DNA of 64,000 nucleotides, from positions 14,064 to 78,063 of the forward strand of contig CACOBL010000004.1 in NCBI GenBank assembly GCA_902625455.1, in the 5' to 3' direction. This document shows positions 45,737-54,873 of the stretch, one piece after another. Made by a program: the position numbers and the translations under genes. Below the pieces are notes generated by a model. That model worked only from the letters and a program-made list of their open reading frames with translations, did no database searches and was not told where the DNA came from. This stretch comes from an uncultured Candidatus Actinomarina sp. GTDB lineage: Bacteria > Actinomycetota > Acidimicrobiia > Actinomarinales > Actinomarinaceae. Positions within the stretch are counted from its first letter, which is position 1. Each line of letters begins with the position of its first letter.

Positions 45737-46444
45737 ATGATTCCTATTTCAGATATTAATCCAGCAAAGAACACTCCCGTAATTTCTAGAATATTTATTA
45801 TCTCAGTTGCGTTGGTTTACATATTGCTACAACCTAAAAATAGTAATGAGCTGTTTAATTTTTTTTATGAATTTGCAGCAATACCATGTGAACTATTTCT
45901 CAACAAACCCATTTCAGGTACTCAATTTTATGGCAATGATTGCAGTTTATTAGGAAATGATTTAGTCTTTCCAAAAAAAAATATATACATAAGTATTCTA
46001 TTTTCCAATTTTTTTCATGCTAATTTTGTACACATTCTTGGAAATTTGTGGAGTTTTTGGATATTTGGAAATAATGTAGAAGATAAATTAGGAAAAATAA
46101 GGTTTTCTTTCTTTTTATTAATAATTGGATTTTTAAGTATAGGTGTTCATACAATCATAAATTTTAATAGCCTTGTTCCAGTTGTTGGAGCCTCTGGAGT
46201 TGTATCAGGAATCATGGGTGCATATGTTTATTTATTTCCTAATGCAAAATTGTTAGTGTTAGTTCCATTTGGAATATTGTTTCCAACAACGATAAAAGCA
46301 AGAACGTTTATGTACTTTTGGTTTGTATCTCAGATATTTATAGCTATAGGTTCTTCAAATATTTCTTGGGAAGCTCATATTGGTGGTTATCTTTTTGGAT
46401 ATTTGATAATTAAGTTATCAAATTATAAAAGGTACACTTTCTGA
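45737..46444 (+). CDS. Rhomboid-family intramembrane serine protease
   Basis: H....HILGN, FGNNVED, GASG, AHIGG. Confidence 0.93.
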   Translation: MIPISDINPAKNTPVISRIFIISVALVYILLQPKNSNELFNFFYEFAAIPCELFLNKPISGTQFYGNDCSLLGNDLVFPKKNIYISILFSNFFHANFVHILGNLWSFWIFGNNVEDKLGKIRFSFFLLIIGFLSIGVHTIINFNSLVPVVGASGVVSGIMGAYVYLFPNAKLLVLVPFGILFPTTIKARTFMYFWFVSQIFIAIGSSNISWEAHIGGYLFGYLIIKLSNYKRYTF

Positions 46445-47161
46445 AAAAGACTTTAATTTGATATCTGCTAAATCTGTAGACTCAAAGTTTTTAACACCAG
46501 ATTCTACAAGAATTGTTTTAGATTTAATTTTTTTACCGAAAAAGATATCGGTATCTACTCTATCACCAATAACATAATCAAAATTGAAATTTTTCGCTCT
46601 ACAGTATTGGATATAATATTTATCTGGTTTTCCTAATGAATCAATGTTGATATGAAGATCATCTTCAATCATTTTTACCACAGCACCATTCCCAGGTAAA
46701 TCTTCATTTTCAGATGGAAAAGTTAAATCTTTGTTTAAACATAAAACATCTTTACCATTTTGTATAAAATCTTTCATTAAATTAATTTTGGAAATTTCAT
46801 TTTTATTTTTTCTTCCAATCAGAATTAAGTCTGCTTGATCTATGTTTGTAATTTTCTGATTTATACTTTTTACAAATTTTTTTAAGTTTGAAGATCCATA
46901 TACAAATATTTTTATGGTTTGATCAGCAAATAGTGATTCTAATATATTTAATGGAGTAATAATTTTCGATAATTCTACTTCTAAACTCAATAAATTTTCT
47001 AATTTTTCTTTTATTTCATATGGAGTCTGTGAACTATTGTTGGTAATAAAAAATATATCAACATTGTTTTTTATTAAATATTTATAGCTTTCTTTTACAC
47101 CATCTATTAATTCTGTACCTTTATAAATTGTTCCATCAAGGTCTGTAGCGATTGTTATCAC
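46418..47161 (-). CDS. HAD-IIA (NagD-like) phosphatase
   Basis: DLDGT, TNNS, GKP, IGDRVDTDI. Confidence 0.92.
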   Translation of the reverse strand: MITIATDLDGTIYKGTELIDGVKESYKYLIKNNVDIFFITNNSSQTPYEIKEKLENLLSLEVELSKIITPLNILESLFADQTIKIFVYGSSNLKKFVKSINQKITNIDQADLILIGRKNKNEISKINLMKDFIQNGKDVLCLNKDLTFPSENEDLPGNGAVVKMIEDDLHINIDSLGKPDKYYIQYCRAKNFNFDYVIGDRVDTDIFFGKKIKSKTILVESGVKNFESTDLADIKLKSFSESVPFII

Positions 47162-47579
47162 GCTTTTCCTCCATAAGCAAAATACGTGCTGTTATTCCGC
47201 TAGCCTCATAAAAGTTTTTACCGGTTCTATCACTTGGTAAAGTGATAGTTCTTAATTTGATTTTTAAATCTTCTAAATATGACCTTATAGAATTAAGCAT
47301 AAAAGTACCCAGTCCTAATTCTCTACATTCACTTAATATATAAATTTCTGACAATACTGCATAATCAAACTGAAAAGTAAGTTTTGAGTATCCTATGATA
47401 TTATCATCTGCATATAAATTAAAATATTTATCTTCAGGTGTACTAAACGACTTGTAATACTCTATTAAATCTTTGTCTATTTTTGACAGTTCGTTAAAAA
47501 ACTTATTCTGAATTTCTTTGTTAGTTTCCTGAGCTATCTCTAATTTAAACGATTTACCAAAATCAGAATGGCTATACAC
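47136..47579 (-). CDS. GNAT-family acetyltransferase
   Basis: IY....RELGLGT, LPSDR..KNFYE..G. Confidence 0.8.
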   Translation of the reverse strand: MYSHSDFGKSFKLEIAQETNKEIQNKFFNELSKIDKDLIEYYKSFSTPEDKYFNLYADDNIIGYSKLTFQFDYAVLSEIYILSECRELGLGTFMLNSIRSYLEDLKIKLRTITLPSDRTGKNFYEASGITARILLMEEKRDNNRYRP

Positions 47580-47934
47580 AATCTACACAAACTTTAGCTC
47601 TTGGTTTAGCTAACGCAGTATTTCTTAATACTAAAAAGCAAACAGAACATGTAAATTCATCTGCTTGTATGTCTTGAACTACCTCATCTAATTTAAGGTC
47701 AGATTTTTTTACATTTCTTTTTTCAGCAGCATCAACAGACATAAAAGATCCTTCAGATTCATCTGCATCCTCAACAGATTTTTTTTCAGTTTCAACTCTT
47801 GCTTCTAAAGATTCAGTTTCAACTTCTTCTTTTTCTTCTTCCTCTGCAGGAGGCTCAATATCATCAGAATCTTCCTCTTCTTCTAGATCTTCTAACGTTG
47901 GCTCTTCAAGCTCTTCTTGTTCTTTTTTTGCCAT
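47572..47934 (-). CDS. DUF4193-family protein
   Basis: Acidic N-terminus, QADEFTCSVCFLV...CVDC. Confidence 0.8.
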   Translation of the reverse strand: MAKKEQEELEEPTLEDLEEEEDSDDIEPPAEEEEKEEVETESLEARVETEKKSVEDADESEGSFMSVDAAEKRNVKKSDLKLDEVVQDIQADEFTCSVCFLVLRNTALAKPRAKVCVDCV

Positions 47935-47963
47935 TATTTTTCCTATTTGCTGATTAAATATTA

Positions 47964-48839
47964 CTAAATTTTAAACCGTATGGCACGATTTTTAATAAAT
48001 ATATCTGCTGGACCATACCCAAAAAAATCTCCGTCAATCTCAATAGGGTCTATAGAATTGACAGTTAATTTGCTTAATCTTTTTAGTTTGACTGAAGATT
48101 GTGTTAAATGTAACCCTTTTTTAGCTAGAAAAAATATTTGCATTGCTTTTATTTTAGTGACTGCAAACACTTGTATATTGAATAATCCGTCTTGCAAACT
48201 TGATTTTGGAGATATGTTCCATCCCCCACCAAAATATTGAGCATTGCAAACGGAAATATTAAATGCCTTTCCAGTAAATTCATATTTATCATTTGAAATA
48301 GACATCTCTTTTGCTCGAGCAGTTATTATTTTTATCCAAAAACTTAAAGGATATCTAAATGCTCTAAATAAATTTGGAAACTTTTCACTTACTTCAACAG
48401 TGCTAGCTAAAAATCCTATATTTAAAACGTTAATGAAGTATTTAATATTTTTGTCATTTTTAATTAAACCAACGTCAACTTCGTAAAAATTTTGGTTACT
48501 TAAATGCTCTATTGCTTCTTCAATATTTTGAGGAAGAGCGAAAGTTCTAATAAAATCGGAACCACTGCCACCAGGTAAGCACGATACTTCAGGCATTGTG
48601 ATATTGTTTTTCATTAATGAGTTAACTAAAGCATTTAACGAACCGTCGCCACCAATAGAACAATATTGATAATCTGATGGATTATTGTATTTTTGTATTA
48701 TTTCATCTATTTCAGTTATTTCCATTGTTTGAAAATAATGAAATTTTATTCCTTTATTGCTTAATAATTCTTTAATGTATGTTTCATTTATATGTTTACC
48801 TCTTGAATTTAAATTATGGATAATTACTACAGTTTTCAT
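47964..48839 (-). CDS. Diacylglycerol/lipid kinase family protein
   Basis: GGDGSL, PGGSGSDF, YFGGG, DG. Confidence 0.9.
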   Translation of the reverse strand: MKTVVIIHNLNSRGKHINETYIKELLSNKGIKFHYFQTMEITEIDEIIQKYNNPSDYQYCSIGGDGSLNALVNSLMKNNITMPEVSCLPGGSGSDFIRTFALPQNIEEAIEHLSNQNFYEVDVGLIKNDKNIKYFINVLNIGFLASTVEVSEKFPNLFRAFRYPLSFWIKIITARAKEMSISNDKYEFTGKAFNISVCNAQYFGGGWNISPKSSLQDGLFNIQVFAVTKIKAMQIFFLAKKGLHLTQSSVKLKRLSKLTVNSIDPIEIDGDFFGYGPADIFIKNRAIRFKI

Positions 48840-50704
48840 GACATAGATTTTTGGATCAAATTATTGTCAAACATATTATATATTGCCTCAAACTCTTGGT
48901 CTTGGTAGATATTAAATAGTTTCTTTGAGAGTTCAGACCCCTCTTTCGCTGCTTTTATAAAATCTCCAATGTTTATATTGAATTTAGTTACAACATATTC
49001 GATATTGTTAGTTTTATAAAATTCATAAAATATACTGAACCATGTTAAGTTTAGGTTTGTAAATTTTTTGATACTGTGTTTATTTTCTAGTTTGTTTAAA
49101 ATTTCCAGACTTGATTCAAAATAACTCAATAGATTATCAAACTCATCGCTTGTCGCAACATCATATATATTTGAAGATATACCAGAAGAGACAAACATAA
49201 GATAGAATTCAAATGTTTTTACAGATTTAATTTTATTGTACAAGTATATAGAGGGAATTAATTGATCCCTGTGGGTTTCAATAAGAGTTTCTCCCATGCT
49301 TGTATTGATGAAATTTATATCTTCCAGAACTTTAAGTTTTGAATTAAATGCATTTTTTAAACTATCTATGTTAAATGAATTTTGAAATGCAAAAAAACTT
49401 TTATTTAAGATTTCTATACATTCATCTGCAGAATAAATATTCAATAAATTAAGTATTGAAAAATAGTTTATGGAAAAAGCTGAATTTAAGTTACTTGATT
49501 CTAATGTAAACAAATTAGAGTACCATTCTGGGTTAATGTTTTTATCATATGATAGAAAAGCATATCCTTTATCATCAATACCTCTTCTACCTGCTCGTCC
49601 AGTTAATTGAAGAAACTCGGATCGAGAAATTAATCTTGATTTAATTCCATCATATTTATTTAATCTGTCTAAATAAATTGACTTTGCTGGCATATTAATT
49701 CCTAATGCTAATGTCTCTGTTGCAAACAAAAAATTAATGTACTTATTTAAAAATAAGAATTCTATAAATTCTTTAACAATTGGAGCTAACCCTGCATGAT
49801 GAAACGCGACACCCCTGGACCACATCCATAAATGTTCATCTAAATTTAACAGAGTATGGTCTGATAAGTCTAAGTCATCAAATATCTCATAAAATTTATC
49901 TCTAATTAATTTGTGATCATCAACAACTTTTCGATTATTTGCTAGTTGTCTAGCTTTTGATTCTACTCTTTCTCTTGAAAAATGAAAAAATATACATGGG
50001 GTTAACCACTGATTTTCAAGAAAATTGACTTGTTCATCTAAACTAGGCTTTTTCACATTCTGGGTTAATTTTGATAACTTAGAATTATTATTATCTTTTT
50101 TTTTGTTTGTTGATTTTAAAATTTTAATACTATTTGAAAGCTTATTAGTAGTAATCAAAGATATCTCTAATGGGACTGGTCTTTGATTGTTTTGTATCAA
50201 GGATGTAGGACCTCTCAAGGAAACAATCCATTCCAAAAACTCATGTTTATTTTTGACTGTCGCTGATAGGCATAAAAATTTTATTCCTAAATCTGCATGA
50301 ATTAAAATCTCTTCCCATGTTGTGCCTCTTTCAGTATCACCTAAGTAATGGACCTCATCTAGAATAATTAAACCTGTATTTTCAAGTTTTTTATCTTTAC
50401 TAAAAATCATATTCCTAAGTATTTCAGTTGTAGCAATAATCAGATCTTTATCCTTGTCTATAGTTCTATCACCGGTTAAAAGCCCTACGTCTACTCCTGC
50501 TTTTTTAAAATCATTATATTTTTGGTTGGACAATGCTTTAATTGGTGTTGTATAGAATATATTTTTATTTTTTTCTAGATAAAAATCTATAGACTTCTCT
50601 GCAATAAGAGTCTTACCAGAACCAGTTGGTGCAACAACTAATACATTATTATTACCCTTTATATCAGAAATTGCATCAATTTGAAATTGATCTAAAACAT
50701 ACAT
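48836..50704 (-). CDS. helY: Ski2-like DEVH helicase HelY (short)
   Basis: APTGSGKT, TPIKALSNQK, DEVH, SAT, ATETLALGINMPA, QLTGRAGRRG. Confidence 0.88.
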   Translation of the reverse strand: MYVLDQFQIDAISDIKGNNNVLVVAPTGSGKTLIAEKSIDFYLEKNKNIFYTTPIKALSNQKYNDFKKAGVDVGLLTGDRTIDKDKDLIIATTEILRNMIFSKDKKLENTGLIILDEVHYLGDTERGTTWEEILIHADLGIKFLCLSATVKNKHEFLEWIVSLRGPTSLIQNNQRPVPLEISLITTNKLSNSIKILKSTNKKKDNNNSKLSKLTQNVKKPSLDEQVNFLENQWLTPCIFFHFSRERVESKARQLANNRKVVDDHKLIRDKFYEIFDDLDLSDHTLLNLDEHLWMWSRGVAFHHAGLAPIVKEFIEFLFLNKYINFLFATETLALGINMPAKSIYLDRLNKYDGIKSRLISRSEFLQLTGRAGRRGIDDKGYAFLSYDKNINPEWYSNLFTLESSNLNSAFSINYFSILNLLNIYSADECIEILNKSFFAFQNSFNIDSLKNAFNSKLKVLEDINFINTSMGETLIETHRDQLIPSIYLYNKIKSVKTFEFYLMFVSSGISSNIYDVATSDEFDNLLSYFESSLEILNKLENKHSIKKFTNLNLTWFSIFYEFYKTNNIEYVVTKFNINIGDFIKAAKEGSELSKKLFNIYQDQEFEAIYNMFDNNLIQKSMS

Positions 50705-50708
50705 ATGA

Positions 50709-51404
50709 CTAATTTTTTCGATTCAAATAAATCACTAATTCAATTAAAAGATACAACGGTATTGTAAAGACAAATAACGTTATTGGGTCACCAGTTGGGG
50801 TTAGAATAGCAGAAAAAATCAACACGAAAATGAACACTTCTTTTCTATTATTTGTAAAAAACGATAACTTAAGAATATTTTTTTTAATCAAAAAATAAAT
50901 AACAAGAGGTGTTTGAAAAGAAACACCAAAAATTAAAGATATTCTAGAAACTAATTGAAAATAATTTTGGGTTCTTAAAATTATTTCTGATTCATTGAAT
51001 TGTAGTAAAAATTTTATACCTATTGGAAAAGTTTGATAAGCTGCAAGTAAACCGCCATAAAAAAGTAACAAAAAAGATAATATGTAGATAATGTATGTGA
51101 TGGTTTTAAGATCATTTACAGCAGGTTTAACAAAATTTGCAATGATTAAAAAGGTTATTGGGAACGTTGCAATAAAAGATACAAGCAAAGTATTTGATAT
51201 TTTTACTTGAAATCCTTCATAAATAGTAAAAGCTACTAAATCTGATTTTGTATAGCCAGCTTTTACTAACGGATCTGTTAATAAATTATAAATATCTATG
51301 TAGTTCATGTAAAAAAATACAAACGCGGAAATCAAAATAACTATTGATAAAATAATTCTTTGATTTAGTTCTTTAAAATGGTCAAAAAATGGTTTTTGTT
51401 CCAT
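50709..51404 (-). CDS. tatC: Twin-arginine translocase TatC
   Basis: DHFKEL..R, FGVSFQTP, AILTPTGDP, LIE. Confidence 0.92.
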   Translation of the reverse strand: MEQKPFFDHFKELNQRIILSIVILISAFVFFYMNYIDIYNLLTDPLVKAGYTKSDLVAFTIYEGFQVKISNTLLVSFIATFPITFLIIANFVKPAVNDLKTITYIIYILSFLLLFYGGLLAAYQTFPIGIKFLLQFNESEIILRTQNYFQLVSRISLIFGVSFQTPLVIYFLIKKNILKLSFFTNNRKEVFIFVLIFSAILTPTGDPITLFVFTIPLYLLIELVIYLNRKN

Positions 51405-51405
51405 T

Positions 51406-51573
51406 TCACTCCTCTTCTATCCATACCCATTTTTCTTCTATAGATTCATCACCTATAATTTCTCTTTTTAATGAATCATTATTTGATAAAAATTTAACTG
51501 CTTTAGATAATTTTGACTTATCCAATAAACCCAGTGAAAGTAAAACAATTATTACTAGCTCAATTAAACTCAT
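51406..51573 (-). CDS. TatA/TatB-like small membrane protein (55 aa, not in ORF track)
   Basis: MSLIELVIIVLLSLGLLDKSKLSKAVKFL...EEE; sits between pafC and tatC. Confidence 0.65.
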   Translation of the reverse strand: MSLIELVIIVLLSLGLLDKSKLSKAVKFLSNNDSLKREIIGDESIEEKWVWIEEE

Positions 51574-52420
51574 TCAAATTCTCCAATAGATTATCTTGTC
51601 TTATTTTAATTTCATCGATAATTTTTACGGGTGATAATACATTAATGTACTGCCTGTTTTTTATTGAAAAATCGATTGCATTTTCGAAAGAATAAAAATT
51701 GATAATTAGATTGTCTTGATTCACTTTGAATGTTGTACTGTCTAATGTCTTGAGAAAGTTATTATCTTTGATTTGGTATTTTACTTTGATAGTTGATCTT
51801 GAAGATGTTTGACTTGTCGTACTTTCATTAATATTTATACCTACAATTCGATCAATTAGAAATGTTTTAATTACTTTTTCATGTATATCAAGAGCTTCTA
51901 AAATTTTACCGTCATGATTTGATTTTAAAGCTATTGGATTAATGAAATATGTTTGTGCTTCTGTTTTTCCAAGTTTTATATATTCTATTGTACTTATCTC
52001 TTCAAATGAAAAGCTATCAGATTTATCATCTGCTGTGGGCAATCCATCTATATCAAAATATTCTGATAGTATTTTGTAGAATTCCATAATTTCTTTTGTT
52101 GAATTCTTTAAAGCAACAAAGTTATCTTGCATAGTAAGTAAATAATACAAATTAAATAATTCTGAATCGTTAATTGATGAAAGTTCAACAACAGAATCGT
52201 TAAAAAAGAAATTTATTTCTTCTGCATCTTCATTTACCTCATAATCAATAAGAATGTCATCATAATCTGTATAAATTTGTGAGAAAATATCAAGAATATA
52301 AAATAATTCTTTTTTGGTTATTTTCATATTTTCTAAAATTTCAGATATTTTCCATTTCTCTTTACTTTGTACAAATTGAATAAAATTATGTAAAATTTGG
52401 AAATCTATTTTTTTAGACAT
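51560..52420 (-). CDS. pafC: WYL-domain regulator PafC-like
   Basis: N-terminal wHTH-like region, KTFLIDRI; pafB-pafC-tatA-tatC-helY synteny. Confidence 0.65.
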   Translation of the reverse strand: MSKKIDFQILHNFIQFVQSKEKWKISEILENMKITKKELFYILDIFSQIYTDYDDILIDYEVNEDAEEINFFFNDSVVELSSINDSELFNLYYLLTMQDNFVALKNSTKEIMEFYKILSEYFDIDGLPTADDKSDSFSFEEISTIEYIKLGKTEAQTYFINPIALKSNHDGKILEALDIHEKVIKTFLIDRIVGININESTTSQTSSRSTIKVKYQIKDNNFLKTLDSTTFKVNQDNLIINFYSFENAIDFSIKNRQYINVLSPVKIIDEIKIRQDNLLENLNEFN

Positions 52421-53231
52421 TTAACAAATCCTTAATTAAATTTACTTTGTTTAATTTTTGAATTTCATATGATCCATCACAAAGTAATAGAAAGATTAAT
52501 AAACCATTAGAATCGTTTGTCTTGATTACTTTGAGATTATTTTTTTCTCTTTTAACAACTCTATGAGAAAATACATTTTTATTGACTTCATATAGATTAT
52601 CTGGAATAGAAATATGAATTATCATCAAATCTTCTAGTTCTTCCCAAGAGAATTTTATATTTTTGTATTCGGTCTTGTATAAATTTTCCTTATTACCCAG
52701 TCTCATATTTTCTATGTAGTCAAGTTTGAAAGTTTTGAATTTGCTATCTTCAATAGCACCTAAGTACCAAGTTCCATTAAAAAGTCTTAATCCTTGTGGT
52801 TTCACTTTTCTATATTTTGAAAGATATTCGAAGCCTAATCTTCTTTTTTCATTCGTTGCTTTAGTTATCTTAGAAATCATTTCTGTTTTTTTATCATTAA
52901 TTCCTTGAAGTGAATAATTATTTTTTAAAAGTAAATATGTGTTAAAAAAATTACTTAAATTAACATTTTTGTTTTTTTTAATATCATTAAAAATATATGA
53001 ACCACCCATGGTATAGCCTGATTCATCATGGGACCATTTATCGTTACTGTATTCTATTAGATAACCGAATGATCTAAGTAATGATTTATCTCTCTCAAAT
53101 GCTCTTCTAAAAGCTTGATCATTTAAATCGCGGTAATCTGGTATTGAATCTTTAATTTTGCTTGTGGATATTTTTATATCATTATTGAATAAATTAAGTA
53201 ATTGAATTAATCTTTTTAATACATTTTTCAT
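52413..53231 (-). CDS. pafB: WYL-domain regulator PafB-like
   Basis: RLIQLL...Y...AFRRAFERDK..LR..G, WYLG...KTFKLD. Confidence 0.8.
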   Translation of the reverse strand: MKNVLKRLIQLLNLFNNDIKISTSKIKDSIPDYRDLNDQAFRRAFERDKSLLRSFGYLIEYSNDKWSHDESGYTMGGSYIFNDIKKNKNVNLSNFFNTYLLLKNNYSLQGINDKKTEMISKITKATNEKRRLGFEYLSKYRKVKPQGLRLFNGTWYLGAIEDSKFKTFKLDYIENMRLGNKENLYKTEYKNIKFSWEELEDLMIIHISIPDNLYEVNKNVFSHRVVKREKNNLKVIKTNDSNGLLIFLLLCDGSYEIQKLNKVNLIKDLLNV

Positions 53232-53317
53232 AACTTTTATTTCTTATTTTAGATTTGCTTATCAAAAATACTATTAAATAAATTTATATAAGACATCATC
53301 ATTGTAATATATACATT

Positions 53318-53563
53318 ATGAAAGTTTGGATAGACCAAGATTTGTGTACCGGAGACGGCCTTTGTGAGGAAATTGCTCCGGATGTTTTCGTTGGTTTAGA
53401 TGACGGTCTTTTCTACGTTAAAGAAGGTGAAAAAATATTCTCTGAAGAGCATGGAAATGTAGGCGGGGCTGAAGGTTTAGCAAATGTACCTAACGGACAA
53501 GAAGATGCTGTAGTAGAATCTGCAGAAGAATGTCCTGGCGAGTGCATAATGATTGAGCCTTAA
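53318..53563 (+). CDS. Single-cluster ferredoxin
   Basis: CTGDGLC..IAPDVF ... ECPGECI. Confidence 0.93.
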   Translation: MKVWIDQDLCTGDGLCEEIAPDVFVGLDDGLFYVKEGEKIFSEEHGNVGGAEGLANVPNGQEDAVVESAEECPGECIMIEP

Positions 53564-54339
53564 TCAAACTTTATAAATCTAGCTGATAACAAAAATCCTG
53601 TATGAGATATTAGTTTATTATCTGGCCTTGCAATTTTTTTATTTAAGTACCAATCTCTTAAAATTACTTCTTTAACCTCAATATTTTCAAAATTATTTGA
53701 TTCCAAGCACTCCTTTGTTTTTATAACTTGGGTGATTGAAGGTAGGTATGAAACCCAAACTATATCAGTATTAATTTTGTTATTATCAAAAAATATCCAG
53801 GGTTCCGGTATGTCTGTAATTACAGTATCTATTTCATTTGAAATTTCGGAAAAATTAAAATCATTAAGATCTTGATTGATAAACTTTAAATTATATTCTT
53901 CATTAATTTCTTTTATAGATAAGTATCTTTCGATAGTTTTCTTTGCTCTTCGTTGATTAGTTTTACTAATGTCAACAGTAGTTAAAGAGCCTTTTTCATT
54001 TAATATACTTACAAGGTACAAAGTTAACGCTCCTGACCCTGTACCAATTTCCAAAACTTTACTTGATGATGAGATATTTGATTCAATAACAATTTGAGAA
54101 ATATCTTTTGGATATATAATTTGAGGCCCTCTTTTCATGTTTAAGATAAATTCCTTAAATGTAGGTCTGTAAATTTTAAATTCCTGACCTGTAGAAGATT
54201 TTAAAATACTAGGAATAGATGTAATATCTTTAAAGTGAAATTTACCTTCATTTGTTATAAATTCTTTAGTAATATCAACAACCGCTAAATACTTGTTGTT
54301 ATCAGTTTTTACAATTATTAATTCGTTGTCTAAATTCAA
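53560..54339 (-). CDS. trmI: tRNA (adenine-58-N1)-methyltransferase
   Basis: MKRGPQIIYPKD, EIGTGSGALT, DIPEPW, HTGFL. Confidence 0.92.
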   Translation of the reverse strand: MNLDNELIIVKTDNNKYLAVVDITKEFITNEGKFHFKDITSIPSILKSSTGQEFKIYRPTFKEFILNMKRGPQIIYPKDISQIVIESNISSSSKVLEIGTGSGALTLYLVSILNEKGSLTTVDISKTNQRRAKKTIERYLSIKEINEEYNLKFINQDLNDFNFSEISNEIDTVITDIPEPWIFFDNNKINTDIVWVSYLPSITQVIKTKECLESNNFENIEVKEVILRDWYLNKKIARPDNKLISHTGFLLSARFIKFD

Positions 54340-54340
54340 T

Positions 54341-54430
54341 TTATATTGCTGATAAAAGAGGAAGTAGCAAAGTTATTACCATCGCACTAGATACAACAAT
54401 TACAATTACTTTTTGTGTTCTTTTACTCAT
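54341..54430 (-). CDS. 29-aa single-TM miniprotein (not in ORF track)
   Basis: MSKRTQKVIVIVVSSAMVITLLLPLLSAI*; ATGA overlap with upstream ORF, stop 1 nt from trmI start. Confidence 0.65.
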   Translation of the reverse strand: MSKRTQKVIVIVVSSAMVITLLLPLLSAI

Positions 54431-54582
54431 TTTCTTTTTTTAAATAATTTTTTTTTGGCGCGAACAATTTTTTCAAATATCCTTCCAATTACAATACCAA
54501 AAATTAAATAAGGTATTACCTTTGAATCTTTATCAGATATCTGATTTTTTAAATCTTTATAATTTTTTGAAAACTCACTCAC
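54427..54582 (-). CDS. 51-aa membrane-anchored basic protein (not in ORF track)
   Basis: MSEFSKNYKDLKNQISDKDSKVIPYLIFGIVIGRIFEKIVRAKKKLFKKRK*; GTGA and ATGA overlaps with neighbours. Confidence 0.65.
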   Translation of the reverse strand: MSEFSKNYKDLKNQISDKDSKVIPYLIFGIVIGRIFEKIVRAKKKLFKKRK

Positions 54583-54863
54583 TTCAATATTCTCCAAACT
54601 ATCAAACCAAAAATTAATAAAGATAATAATGCAAATGAAAAATAAATTAGTGACTGAATAAAATATTGACCTTCAAACATCTGTGATAGAACAATTGAAA
54701 CTCCTGAGAGGATAAATAAAGTTGCAATTGCCAGATAATTTCCTGCCTTAAAATTTTTACGTGCTCCTTTTATTGATTCCTCTATCGGCTCAACGGTTTG
54801 TTCTTGTATGTGTTCAAGTAAACTGTCTAAGGCTTTAATTGCGGATACAGGAAGATTAAACAC
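54579..54863 (-). CDS. Small 2-TM membrane protein (possibly actinobacterial holin-like/DUF1469 type)
   Basis: Soluble N-half with QTVEP, two C-terminal TM helices. Confidence 0.55.
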   Translation of the reverse strand: MFNLPVSAIKALDSLLEHIQEQTVEPIEESIKGARKNFKAGNYLAIATLFILSGVSIVLSQMFEGQYFIQSLIYFSFALLSLLIFGLIVWRILK

Positions 54864-54873
54864 TTTTTTTTAT

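Noticed and set aside
51389..51695. Two + strand ORFs between tatC and pafC
   Set aside because: Antisense shadows; the - strand TatA-like ORF explains the interval.
48836..53231. WYL proteins plus helicase as an anti-phage island
   Set aside because: Matches the core pafB-pafC-tatA-tatC-helY locus.
53345..53365. Ferredoxin CxxDxxC motif
   Set aside because: An Asp-ligated or 3Fe-4S single-cluster ferredoxin is a well-known type.
54579..54863. Holin-like protein as a prophage remnant
   Set aside because: No phage genes nearby; embedded in a coupled chromosomal operon.
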